From a virus: 48,298 nucleotides of DNA. The position numbers and the translations under genes were made by a program. The notes beneath the pieces were generated by a model. It saw only the letters and a list, made by a program, of their open reading frames with translations. It did not search any database and was not told the DNA's origin. The number at the start of each line of letters is the position of its first letter. Position 1 is the stretch's first letter. Where the stretch lies: IMG/VR virus record IMGVR_UViG_3300037297_000228; one strand, given 5' to 3'. Shown in pieces: positions 40,032-47,892 of this stretch.

Positions 40032-41042
40032 CTACCTAAATATAAAAGTCCCATTTTTATTTTTGCTATAACTTGCAATTTTTTTCCCGGTTCTATCTCT
40101 AAGAATATATTTATCTTTGCTATCATCGTCATTAACATTTTCAGATTTGTCCATAAATTTTAATATTTCAAGCCTGATTTGATCGCATCTTTGAGCCAGT
40201 AGACCTGTAGGGCTAATTTCGTGCCGTATTTGCTTATATTCGCTCATAAGTAGTTCTATTCGCTCGTCAGCAATGATAGTTCCGACTGGTTCTCTCACTA
40301 ATCGTTTAATATCATCATAATTTTTTGCTTCTGGTGGTACGCCAGTTAAAACATGATTATTCCAGAATTCTGTACATTTCTCAATCATTAATTTTTGTAA
40401 TTCTGCGTTTGATGTAATTTCGTACTGGTGGAAATAGCCCATTTCATTTAATATGTTTGCCCAATAAAAAGGATCTCTATCAATAAAATTTATTCTATCT
40501 ATTATTTTTCTAATTTCATATTTTCCATTATATTCTCTAACTTCCCAGCCTTCTTTTTCCCATTCATCAACCATTTTTGGAAAAACTAAAACTGATAAAA
40601 TTACTTTTTCTGCTCCTGTACAAATCATCTGATGCTGGCATTGTATTTGATAGATTATCGGAACTTGGTCTGTAGCAGGTTCTCCCCATTCTTCCCGAAA
40701 AGAGCGAAAATTTGTTGTTTTCCCTTCATGGAGAAAATTTGATCCTAAATATCTTCCATCGATATGAGTTGTCAAAAAATCTTTTTCATATAATTTTTCT
40801 CTATCTATAATTTTATAATTAATTTCATTTTCAGCCAATTCAATTATAGCGTCCTCAAAAGCATGGCCCCATTTTTGAACTGAAGTGTACTCAAATTCCG
40901 GTAATTCATAATTATATTTTTTACAAAATCCTGGTTCTCTGTTTTCCATAATTTGTAACCAGACTTCAACCGGAGTTTGCCATTTTGAAAGGCCAAGAAC
41001 GGCTGCACCTCTGCTTGCTGATATGTTTATTGGTTTGCTCAT
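40032..41042 (-). CDS. YqaJ / lambda-Exo-type recombination exonuclease
   Basis: The N-terminal ISASRGAAVLGLSKWQTPVEVWLQIM is the typical YqaJ start, and PD-(D/E)xK-like segments follow. It partners with recT. Confidence 0.8.
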   Translation of the reverse strand: MSKPINISASRGAAVLGLSKWQTPVEVWLQIMENREPGFCKKYNYELPEFEYTSVQKWGHAFEDAIIELAENEINYKIIDREKLYEKDFLTTHIDGRYLGSNFLHEGKTTNFRSFREEWGEPATDQVPIIYQIQCQHQMICTGAEKVILSVLVFPKMVDEWEKEGWEVREYNGKYEIRKIIDRINFIDRDPFYWANILNEMGYFHQYEITSNAELQKLMIEKCTEFWNNHVLTGVPPEAKNYDDIKRLVREPVGTIIADERIELLMSEYKQIRHEISPTGLLAQRCDQIRLEILKFMDKSENVNDDDSKDKYILRDRTGKKIASYSKNKNGTFIFR

Positions 41043-41353
41043 TTAGAGATCATCCTTTTAAAAATAAATTTATAATTTATGCTATAACCCCCTTGAGGAC
41101 TGTTAAATCCATCAATAAAATCTAGTTCTTTAAAATGCAACATATCGATTGGCTTAATTTTTACAACAAATTTGGCTTTATTATTATTAAATTTAACAAT
41201 TCCAGTGGTTTTGTAAATTTCTGATTCTTCTTTTATTGTTACCTCTAAAGTGTCACCACAATAAATTTTTTTCCCATTACAATCATTTATTCCGATGTAT
41301 TTATTTTTAAATAATTTTTTTATTGTTACTAATATATTTCTTGGTTGTGGCAT
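41039..41353 (-). CDS. YopX-like protein
   Basis: DCNGKKIYCGDTLEV resembles the D.NGK.IYEGD core of YopX. 104 aa. Confidence 0.45.
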   Translation of the reverse strand: MPQPRNILVTIKKLFKNKYIGINDCNGKKIYCGDTLEVTIKEESEIYKTTGIVKFNNNKAKFVVKIKPIDMLHFKELDFIDGFNSPQGGYSINYKFIFKRMISK

Positions 41354-41548
41354 TTATTCTACCTCTTTAACAGAAATATCCTTATAATATAATCCCCCCA
41401 TTTCCCAGAAAGTTGATTGTTTCGACTGATAATTTATGAGTGTAATAGTATCTATATGTTTCCCCCCTTGATAGACTTCGTAAGTATGAATATATTTCTT
41501 ACATCCAACAATAAAAAATAAAATAATAATTGTTAATATTTTTTTCAT
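41354..41548 (-). CDS. Small lipoprotein, 64 aa
   Basis: MKKILTIIILFFIVGCKK is a signal peptide with lipobox IVGC. Confidence 0.65.
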   Translation of the reverse strand: MKKILTIIILFFIVGCKKYIHTYEVYQGGKHIDTITLINYQSKQSTFWEMGGLYYKDISVKEVE

Positions 41549-42240
41549 CTAATTTCCTCCAATCCCACGATAGTAGGTTTAATTTTAATAATTCCCTGCT
41601 CTCTATTCCAACACATTTCTTTCCAGGCTTTTTTGCGATATGCTCCACCGTATCTTGTCACTCCTGATTTTGTCAGCGATTTTGGATGTCTTCTGCGTAG
41701 ATACATCCCCTTTAGGCTCTCATAAATTTTAAATCCTGCCATTTTTAGCCTTTCCATAAAATCGGTATCTCCGGCACATCGATATCCATAATATCCGCCT
41801 AATGCTTCCCAAATTTCATGTGTAAAAGCCATTGCGCCACCTGTTTCAATAATAGGTTTTCTATTTATATAATTTAAATTTTTATCGCATTGATATTTTG
41901 CCAGCAAAACTGCCTGATGAACATTATTTATTATATTAATTTGATATCTTATATATCCTTGCAACATAACGTCATCTGCATCGAAATAACTATAAATGTC
42001 CGCTTTTTCAAAATTTATAAGGCTATTTCGCATAATGTAGGCACCAACATTTTTTTTGGACCAATAAAATTTTATCTTATTTTTCTTTAAAACATCGGCA
42101 GTTTTTTTACATCCATCAACACCAATTCTAAGATCATAATGCCACCCTGGTATTCGATATTGATTTTTTACAGAATTAATGCATTTTATTATATATTCTG
42201 CACAATCGTACGCTGCTATTATTATTGCGCATGTTTTCAT
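41545..42240 (-). CDS. Family 2 glycosyltransferase
   Basis: CAIIIAAYDCAEYIIKCINSVKNQ and YFDADDVM (DxD) motifs. ATG 42240 overlaps the upstream stop (ATGA) and is preferred over the ORF-track start at 42282. Confidence 0.8.
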   Translation of the reverse strand: MKTCAIIIAAYDCAEYIIKCINSVKNQYRIPGWHYDLRIGVDGCKKTADVLKKNKIKFYWSKKNVGAYIMRNSLINFEKADIYSYFDADDVMLQGYIRYQINIINNVHQAVLLAKYQCDKNLNYINRKPIIETGGAMAFTHEIWEALGGYYGYRCAGDTDFMERLKMAGFKIYESLKGMYLRRRHPKSLTKSGVTRYGGAYRKKAWKEMCWNREQGIIKIKPTIVGLEEIR

Positions 42241-42458
42241 ATCTTTATTAACCATTTTTTTGGAAGATTTACTGCAATGCATTCACCAACCCGCATTAAA
42301 ATTCTTGGATATTTATCATCATATGCGTCTCGCCAAACTTTTGTTTGATAACCATCAAAATTTATTTGCATAATTTTATACGCTGCAAACGCGTCTTCTT
42401 TACAAATTTTAGCTGGAATTTTTATAATTGCATAAAAATAATCATTTTCTGCCTTCAT
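42237..42458 (-). CDS. Hypothetical protein, 73 aa
   Basis: ORF translationally coupled to the GT2 gene. Confidence 0.5.
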   Translation of the reverse strand: MKAENDYFYAIIKIPAKICKEDAFAAYKIMQINFDGYQTKVWRDAYDDKYPRILMRVGECIAVNLPKKWLIKI

Positions 42459-42460
42459 AT

Positions 42461-42640
42461 TTACTCTCCTTTTATAATATTTAATTTTATATATTTTGGT
42501 ATATGCTCTCTTAACATCAATTTTCCAGAAATATCTATTCCTCTTTGCTCATATATTTTTTTTATATACCCATTTTCTAAAATTATTTTATATGGAAAAA
42601 ATTTATAACCTGATATTCTATCATAACATTCTATTTTCAT
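42461..42640 (-). CDS. Microprotein, 59 aa
   Basis: MKIECYDRISGYKFFPYKIILENGYIKKIYEQRGIDISGKLMLREHIPKYIKLNIIKGE. Below the ORF-track cutoff. Confidence 0.4.
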   Translation of the reverse strand: MKIECYDRISGYKFFPYKIILENGYIKKIYEQRGIDISGKLMLREHIPKYIKLNIIKGE

Positions 42641-42643
42641 AAT

Positions 42644-42808
42644 TTACCATCTATATTTTTTAAAAAAATTCAATAGACATTCTTTACAACAAAAATCATA
42701 ATTATCATTCGAGGCACCAAGAGAACAAACTGTTTGAAGATTTATTTTTATGATATAATCTCCTAATTTCATTATTTTTTTACAATTATCACATATTTTC
42801 ACTTTCAT
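42644..42808 (-). CDS. Zinc-finger microprotein, 54 aa
   Basis: MKVKICDNCKKIMKLGDY...DFCCKECLLNFFKKYRW contains CxxC...CCxxC. Coupled to the upstream ORF by ATGA. Confidence 0.45.
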   Translation of the reverse strand: MKVKICDNCKKIMKLGDYIIKINLQTVCSLGASNDNYDFCCKECLLNFFKKYRW

Positions 42809-42999
42809 ATCTTCTCCCATAAATCACAATCAAAATATCCTTCAAAATCTTCTAAAAACATTACTTCATGTCCGGATTCATTTAAAAAAGAATCTGCTGC
42901 AACGATAGGAGTTAAAGGAGTAAACATTTTGGCTTTTACTTTATCACCTTTTCTAAATTTAGGTGTAAAATTTTTATTTAAGTTCCAAGCTCCTAGCAT
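42805..42999 (-). CDS. Hypothetical protein, 64 aa
   Basis: ORF in the track, directly abutting the methyltransferase gene. Confidence 0.5.
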   Translation of the reverse strand: MLGAWNLNKNFTPKFRKGDKVKAKMFTPLTPIVAADSFLNESGHEVMFLEDFEGYFDCDLWEKI

Positions 43000-43511
43000 T
43001 ATACGTTCCTCCAGAAATATATTATTCTGTCTTTTATCAAATTTTTAGAAGATGGTCTTCGTCCATATGTCCATTTTGATATTTTTTGTTCATCTATACC
43101 ACGGTGCATTACATCACCATGTTTCCATCTATACGGAAAACTTAATATTACATTTTTGCTTATTCTGCATAACTCTTTAAAAGCTTTTGCCTGGTTTTCC
43201 AGATGTTCCCAAACCTGCAAAGCAACTGCACAATCAAAATGATTATTAGGTAATTGATAAGGAATTTTATTTAAATCCTGAATTTTTCCTCTTCCAGTTA
43301 CTAAATATTTTTCTTCAAGTTCTAAAAGATACGAATCTGAATTAAGAGGGATATAAAATGTCCCCATTTCCAAAGTGTTTTTAGCTCCTACAGATTGCAT
43401 AAGCCGAATTACATAAGACATATATTCCCATCTGTATTTTTTACCTTCATTCCAATATGGGATATTGAGGTCTTTTACTCTTTTTAAAAATCTTTTATTT
43501 GTCAGATACAT
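42999..43511 (-). CDS. Class I SAM-dependent methyltransferase (Methyltransf_11/23-like)
   Basis: DCAVALQVWEHLENQAKAFKELCRISKNVILSFP fits the post-motif-II region of small-molecule methyltransferases. ATG 43511 with an AAGGA SD is preferred over TTG 43547. Confidence 0.55.
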   Translation of the reverse strand: MYLTNKRFLKRVKDLNIPYWNEGKKYRWEYMSYVIRLMQSVGAKNTLEMGTFYIPLNSDSYLLELEEKYLVTGRGKIQDLNKIPYQLPNNHFDCAVALQVWEHLENQAKAFKELCRISKNVILSFPYRWKHGDVMHRGIDEQKISKWTYGRRPSSKNLIKDRIIYFWRNV

Positions 43512-43668
43512 TATTTTTATCCTTTGTTTTAATTTGTATAGTATCAAATAAATATGTTGCTACACAAAAATTAAATATAATTTGAAAAATATTTTCTTTA
43601 AATCCATCAATTATTCCATAGACAACACAAAATAAATTTAAAATTAATAATATAATTAAAGTTGTCAT
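43495..43668 (-). CDS. Small membrane protein, 57 aa
   Basis: MTTLIILLILNLFCVVYGIIDGFKENIFQIIFNFCVATYLF... Coupled to the upstream ORF by ATGA. It overlaps the methyltransferase start by 17 nt. Confidence 0.35.
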   Translation of the reverse strand: MTTLIILLILNLFCVVYGIIDGFKENIFQIIFNFCVATYLFDTIQIKTKDKNNVSDK

Positions 43669-43871
43669 AATTTTTTAACCTTTTTTAATAAATTTTTTTT
43701 CACCTGCAAATATACAAATTTTCTTTTATTATGCGATGTTAAATTTATTGGACAAATTCCAGTTCTAAAAGGACATTTTTTATAGAAAAAACATAATTTA
43801 CCTTTACCTTCAATACCTGCATTACAGTTACCACCAAAATTTTTAAATTTTTTAAGATATATTTTTCCCAT
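43665..43871 (-). CDS. Basic Cys-containing small protein, 68 aa
   Basis: Four Cys residues (CNAG...C...C...C) and a Lys-rich tail, with a GGGAGA SD. Confidence 0.5.
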   Translation of the reverse strand: MGKIYLKKFKNFGGNCNAGIEGKGKLCFFYKKCPFRTGICPINLTSHNKRKFVYLQVKKNLLKKVKKL

Positions 43872-43875
43872 TTAT

Positions 43876-44526
43876 TTATTTTCTCCCATCCAAATGTGTA
43901 ACACAAGCCGGATGTCCTTTTTTGCCATAAATACAACCTAATAAATTTGTTTTTTTTGTTAATTCATCTTCGATACCTTTACTGCCAGGCATTTTTAAAA
44001 TTGCTCCCTCTCTGACAAATTGCAAATATTTTTTTCGATTAATTATATGCGGGTTATTAGAAACTGCAGGAGTAACACAATAATAAAAATTTCCTCTGTT
44101 AAATTGTTCTAGCCATCTATCCCATAGTTTAGGTTCATTTTTACGCTTATTAAATCTAAGATGGTGTATATTTTCATGTCTCATATTTTCAATTATTTCA
44201 AATAAATCATGATTAATATTTTTTTTCTGAAATATCCAATCGTGTTCCAGCATAAATAAATATTCAGATTTTGAATTTTCTATTGCTTTTATGTATCCAT
44301 CTGATAAAGAGGTTGTTATATTTATTTTATCAGGTTTAAAACAACTTTTCAATAAATTTGTCACATAATATCCAACTTGATGTCTTTCAGGATTAATATC
44401 ACACCATATAGTCGGTTCAATTTTAAAAAATGTATCACAAAAAGACTTATATGTTTTTCTAATTATTTCTGTAGACGGAGCTGATTTTGTGCAATTTGTA
44501 AATATATGTAATTCTATTGTAGTCAT
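43876..44526 (-). CDS. Hypothetical protein, possible nucleotide-sugar transferase fold (216 aa)
   Basis: The beta-alpha start TIELHIFTNCTKSAP and an acidic LEHDW motif are suggestive only. The gene is embedded between methyltransferase and glycosyltransferase genes. Confidence 0.4.
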   Translation of the reverse strand: MTTIELHIFTNCTKSAPSTEIIRKTYKSFCDTFFKIEPTIWCDINPERHQVGYYVTNLLKSCFKPDKINITTSLSDGYIKAIENSKSEYLFMLEHDWIFQKKNINHDLFEIIENMRHENIHHLRFNKRKNEPKLWDRWLEQFNRGNFYYCVTPAVSNNPHIINRKKYLQFVREGAILKMPGSKGIEDELTKKTNLLGCIYGKKGHPACVTHLDGRK

Positions 44527-44537
44527 AATTAAATCCC

Positions 44538-44786
44538 TTAAAATATTTTTATTAGTTTTTCTTTCTCATGAAAAAAATCATAAGAATTTCTTTCCATTCT
44601 TGCAATAGCAAACCTGAAAAAATTAAATTGCCATTTATTAGTATATTCATTTTTCCAATAATTTATTTTTTTTAGATATTTCATATTTGCAAATAATCCT
44701 ATTTTATAACAACTATTTTTTGTTTTAAAGAGGATCCCTTTTGATTCATTATCAGGAATATCAATTGAATATAAATATATTTTCAT
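44538..44786 (-). CDS. Hypothetical protein, 82 aa
   Basis: ORF translationally coupled (4-nt overlap) to the upstream methyltransferase gene. Confidence 0.5.
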   Translation of the reverse strand: MKIYLYSIDIPDNESKGILFKTKNSCYKIGLFANMKYLKKINYWKNEYTNKWQFNFFRFAIARMERNSYDFFHEKEKLIKIF

Positions 44787-45319
44787 CTCTTAACCCTCAC
44801 AAACCAGGTATAATCAGAATCAATCTCAATAACATCATTATCAGGAAATAAATCAACAGCTTCTTTTACCCCTGTAAATTTCCCGCCATAATCATGTCCG
44901 CAAATCCAGCCATTATTTTTTACTTTTGGTCTCCATGCATTAATATCATTAAGTACCGACCAAAAATCATGAGCAGCATCAATATATACAATATCAAAAT
45001 ACTTATCTTCAAAAGTGTCTGCAATTTTTGTTGAATACCCCTTAATTATAAAAGCCCTTGTCGGGAATTTTTCAGCAATTTTTGACGTTTCAAGCAAATT
45101 ATCCAGACAATTTTGTTGATAAATTTCAATATTTTCATCTATTGCTGGCTTTCCTTTATAAGTTTCTGTGTCCCAGGCATCTATCAGAAACATTGTTAAA
45201 TTTTTTGTATTTGTAAGCAGTCTTTCTGACAAATGTCCTTTGAAAACTCCGACTTCTGCCATTATTGTTTCTTTTTTATCATCTATGCGTTTAATAATAT
45301 TTTGCCATGCGTAATTCAT
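44783..45319 (-). CDS. Class I SAM-dependent methyltransferase (Methyltransf_24 / TylF-CmcI-like, sugar O-methyltransferase type)
   Basis: MAEVGVFKGHLSERLL (SAM-binding motif I) and DIVYIDAAHDFWSVLNDINAWRPKVKNNGWICGHDY are typical of this family. Confidence 0.7.
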   Translation of the reverse strand: MNYAWQNIIKRIDDKKETIMAEVGVFKGHLSERLLTNTKNLTMFLIDAWDTETYKGKPAIDENIEIYQQNCLDNLLETSKIAEKFPTRAFIIKGYSTKIADTFEDKYFDIVYIDAAHDFWSVLNDINAWRPKVKNNGWICGHDYGGKFTGVKEAVDLFPDNDVIEIDSDYTWFVRVKR

Positions 45320-45340
45320 TTTATCACCACCCTAAAATTT

Positions 45341-45562
45341 TTAATTTCTATATGCCGGAACGTCTATCCCGTTTTTTTCTGCCCAGGCTGCCAATAGCAA
45401 ATATCCGGAACTAACGCCTTCTGCATCTCTTTGTTTCAAAACTTCTTCCCAGATTGATTCCATATATTCAGCAATATAAATTGTCCGGTTTCCCTTTTTG
45501 TCTCGTTTTTTTCTTTTAATTTTTTTAATCATTATATTTCTTCTCCATATTTTATTTAACAT
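45341..45562 (-). CDS. Hypothetical protein, 73 aa
   Basis: Basic N-terminus (KKIKRKKRDKKGNR) followed by a helical domain. Confidence 0.5.
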   Translation of the reverse strand: MLNKIWRRNIMIKKIKRKKRDKKGNRTIYIAEYMESIWEEVLKQRDAEGVSSGYLLLAAWAEKNGIDVPAYRN

Positions 45563-45789
45563 ATTGCAAAAAATATTAATAATCCAATTCCTATCCAGAA
45601 TATTAAGCTTAAAATTATTCCAAAGAACATGCCTTTTGCAGTTCTTAAATTATCATTTTCTAATATAGTCACATCTGATATTTCTCTTCCATTATCTATA
45701 GCTAATTTTATTTTTTTTTCGACATCTGCTGCCGTATCTTTTTTATTGGCATAAATTTTTTGTCCGTTTATTATTATAAAATATTTCAT
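45556..45789 (-). CDS. C-terminally anchored membrane protein, 77 aa
   Basis: The C-terminus MFFGIILSLIFWIGIGLLIFFAIC is hydrophobic. Confidence 0.5.
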   Translation of the reverse strand: MKYFIIINGQKIYANKKDTAADVEKKIKLAIDNGREISDVTILENDNLRTAKGMFFGIILSLIFWIGIGLLIFFAIC

Positions 45790-45810
45790 AAAATTTATCC
45801 TTTTTACTTT

Positions 45811-46179
45811 TCATTTTAAATCCCTTGTAAATGGGATCTCCAAAAGAGATATTTCAAATCTTAATTCTTCATCAAAAAATTTATAATTGTTTAAAAAACA
45901 AATAGTTATATAATCATCTGTTTCCAATCTTATTTTTAATTGGAATATGTCAGCGTTTTTTAATATACTTTTAATTTTTATAAATGCTCCTATATCATTA
46001 ATCATAAATGATGTTTTATAGATACAGATATCATAATTTTCATTATCTGTTATGTGATACATAATTACATTTTGTAAACTAATAGAAAAAATGGCTTTAT
46101 ATTCTATAAGATCATCATAATCTTTGACTTTATCCCGAAATATATATCCTTCTATTATTATAGATTTAATTTTATTCAT
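45811..46179 (-). CDS. Hypothetical protein, 122 aa
   Basis: ORF in the track. Family not recognised. Confidence 0.55.
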   Translation of the reverse strand: MNKIKSIIIEGYIFRDKVKDYDDLIEYKAIFSISLQNVIMYHITDNENYDICIYKTSFMINDIGAFIKIKSILKNADIFQLKIRLETDDYITICFLNNYKFFDEELRFEISLLEIPFTRDLK

Positions 46180-46184
46180 TTTTT

Positions 46185-46433
46185 TTATTCAACCTCTACA
46201 CAATCAAAAAATTGTAGAAACTCTCTGAGCATTTTATTTCTATATAATACTGTAATTTGTTTACCGTTCATTTTCATATCAATTAAACAGCCTATTATCA
46301 ACATATGCGGAACATGATTTACAAAATCTATAAAAATGTCCTGCTCTTCAATGTCCCTTAAATGTTCTAAATGTTCGATTGTTTTAGGGCTGCAGATCAA
46401 TTTATTTTTTATTTTTATTTTTTGCATTTTCAC
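46185..46433 (-). CDS. Hypothetical protein, 82 aa
   Basis: ORF in the track. Its start overlaps the upstream ORF by about 30 nt. Confidence 0.5.
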   Translation of the reverse strand: MKMQKIKIKNKLICSPKTIEHLEHLRDIEEQDIFIDFVNHVPHMLIIGCLIDMKMNGKQITVLYRNKMLREFLQFFDCVEVE

Positions 46434-46587
46434 CTTCTATAATTTCAATTTTAACATTTTGCAAATAAAGTATTCCGCAAAACAGTTCTTTGAAATCTCT
46501 ATTCATAATTCCATATATTATTTGTGGATCGATTTTTTTTTCATCAAAAGAAACATGTATTGTGAAGCCAGATATTTCGTGTTTCAT
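46402..46587 (-). CDS. Hypothetical protein, 61 aa
   Basis: ORF in the track with a GAGAGGAGA SD. Confidence 0.45.
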   Translation of the reverse strand: MKHEISGFTIHVSFDEKKIDPQIIYGIMNRDFKELFCGILYLQNVKIEIIEGENAKNKNKK

Positions 46588-46596
46588 TTCTCCTCT

Positions 46597-46806
46597 CTAT
46601 TTTTTTTCTTTTTCGCCTTCTAATATAATATCAATTATTTTTTTTGCATAAGGTTCATCCTGATTACATACATAATATTTATTATCAGGAATGTACTTAT
46701 TAATTTCGTTTAAAATATCAAAAATTGCGACCTGCAAATGAACAGGGAAATTTTTCATAAATTTTTTATTTATTACTATAAACTTATCTTCATATTTTGG
46801 TTTCAT
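46597..46806 (-). CDS. Hypothetical protein, 69 aa
   Basis: ORF in the track. Its ATG overlaps a TGA belonging to an upstream start-less reading frame. Confidence 0.5.
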   Translation of the reverse strand: MKPKYEDKFIVINKKFMKNFPVHLQVAIFDILNEINKYIPDNKYYVCNQDEPYAKKIIDIILEGEKEKK

Positions 46807-46987
46807 AATTTACTTTCTTTTTTATTATTAATATTTTTCATAAAATCAATTATATCTTCTAAACATTCGGAACTATAAATAGTATCTGAGTCAGGGGCAA
46901 AACAATATTGTCTCCAAAAACTTTCGTTTCGGGTATTTTAAACAAAAATTCTATATAAATATATTTATATTTAACCATCTCATCCAT
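46803..46987 (-). CDS. Small ORF that needs a -1 shift to be read through (42-aa frame plus a 47-codon start-less frame)
   Basis: ATG 46987 opens MDEMVKYKYIYIEFLFKIPETKVFG..., which ends at TAG 46859. The -1 frame (...ESFWRQYCFAPDSDTIYSSECLEDIIDFMKNINNKKESKL) has no start codon but ends in the ATGA coupling at 46803. The two frames overlap at a T5 run (46916..46920). Confidence 0.3.
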
Positions 46988-46991
46988 AATT

Positions 46992-47180
46992 TTACCTTTT
47001 TAAAATATAATTTTCAAAATCATTTTTATGTATAATTAGTGTATCAGAATATATTTTACTTGGTTTATATGCTATTTCTGCAATATCAAAAAATTTTTTT
47101 AATTGTTTAAAATTTAATTCTATTACTTTATTTTTTTCGAATATAAAATTTAATCTTGATTTTTTATGATCGTATTTCAT
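46992..47180 (-). CDS. Hypothetical protein, 62 aa
   Basis: ORF in the track. Confidence 0.5.
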   Translation of the reverse strand: MKYDHKKSRLNFIFEKNKVIELNFKQLKKFFDIAEIAYKPSKIYSDTLIIHKNDFENYILKR

Positions 47181-47208
47181 CTATAATTACCTTTTCCTGT
47201 ACTGCATT

Positions 47209-47282
47209 TGGGCAAGGAAGGACTCGAACCTTCAATACCTTTTCCTAAATGTCTTTTTCAGATCATCAAAGATCACTTGCCC
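47209..47282 (-). ncRNA. tRNA-like element 1 (74 nt) with a non-canonical D/anticodon region
   Basis: The minus strand reads GGGCAAG-TGATCTTTGATGATCTGAAAAAGACATTTAGGAAAAGGTATT-GAAGG-TTCGAGT-CCTTC-CTTGCCC-A. It has a perfect 7-bp acceptor stem, a canonical T arm and a discriminator A, and no encoded CCA. No standard anticodon stem-loop can be drawn. Confidence 0.45.
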
Positions 47283-47294
47283 TTAAGTCGATTT

Positions 47295-47744
47295 TTAAAT
47301 AATTTGTTCAAATGCCTTTTGAAAATCATCAACATAATATTTTCTTTTTCTTTCGAGTTCAGCAATTTCTATTTTCTTTTTTTCAATTTGTCTATTGAAT
47401 TTATCCAAAATATTTGATTTTGTAAAAATCTTTTCGTAATTATTATAATGAACAATTTCGTATTTTGGCTGGTCTTTTTCCGTTTTTACCGTGATAAAAT
47501 CAAAATCGACATCACTATAACCATCATCTAAAACCATTATTTCTATTGCGGGATTGTTTTCAAATTCAGCAAACCCAACAATAACACCAGCTTTAATTTT
47601 GGGTGATGAATAACTCATATCAAGAACTTTAACAGGATCCCCGACATGAAATGTATCAATGCGTTTTGCATTTCGCAAATCCACTTCCATTTTAATTCCA
47701 TTTATTTCAATGATTCTTTTATCTTTCTTTTCCATTTCTTCCAT
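47295..47744 (-). CDS. Hypothetical protein, 149 aa
   Basis: ORF in the track with an N-terminal beta-rich region and a C-terminal coiled coil. It is flanked by a 14-nt direct repeat. Confidence 0.6.
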   Translation of the reverse strand: MEEMEKKDKRIIEINGIKMEVDLRNAKRIDTFHVGDPVKVLDMSYSSPKIKAGVIVGFAEFENNPAIEIMVLDDGYSDVDFDFITVKTEKDQPKYEIVHYNNYEKIFTKSNILDKFNRQIEKKKIEIAELERKRKYYVDDFQKAFEQII

Positions 47745-47892
47745 TTTAATTTCCTTTTAAATCTTTAATTTAGTCGATTTTTAAAGTTGATTCGACTAAC
47801 AACTTCCGCTTTCATTTACATTTCTATCTCATGAAAAGATGTATATTTTTTTGCTTTACCTCCTATTAGAATTTATTTGTAAAACAAGTAAA

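Noticed and set aside
47209-47282. Idea that the tRNA-like elements are suppressor tRNAs linked to the in-frame TAG at 39713, i.e. stop-codon recoding
   Set aside because: No CUA, UUA or UCA anticodon can be placed in a 7-nt loop closed by a stem. All long genes are intact under the standard code. TAG, TAA and TGA all terminate well-supported genes.
47208-47417. Plus-strand ORF MGKEGLEPSIPFPK..., and the first 24 codons of ORF 37732..38286 (MSQGGRIIKIIYAGSSPASAGGTG)
   Set aside because: Both are translations of the tRNA-like elements (GGACTCGAACC / GGTTCGAGTCC) and not real coding sequence.
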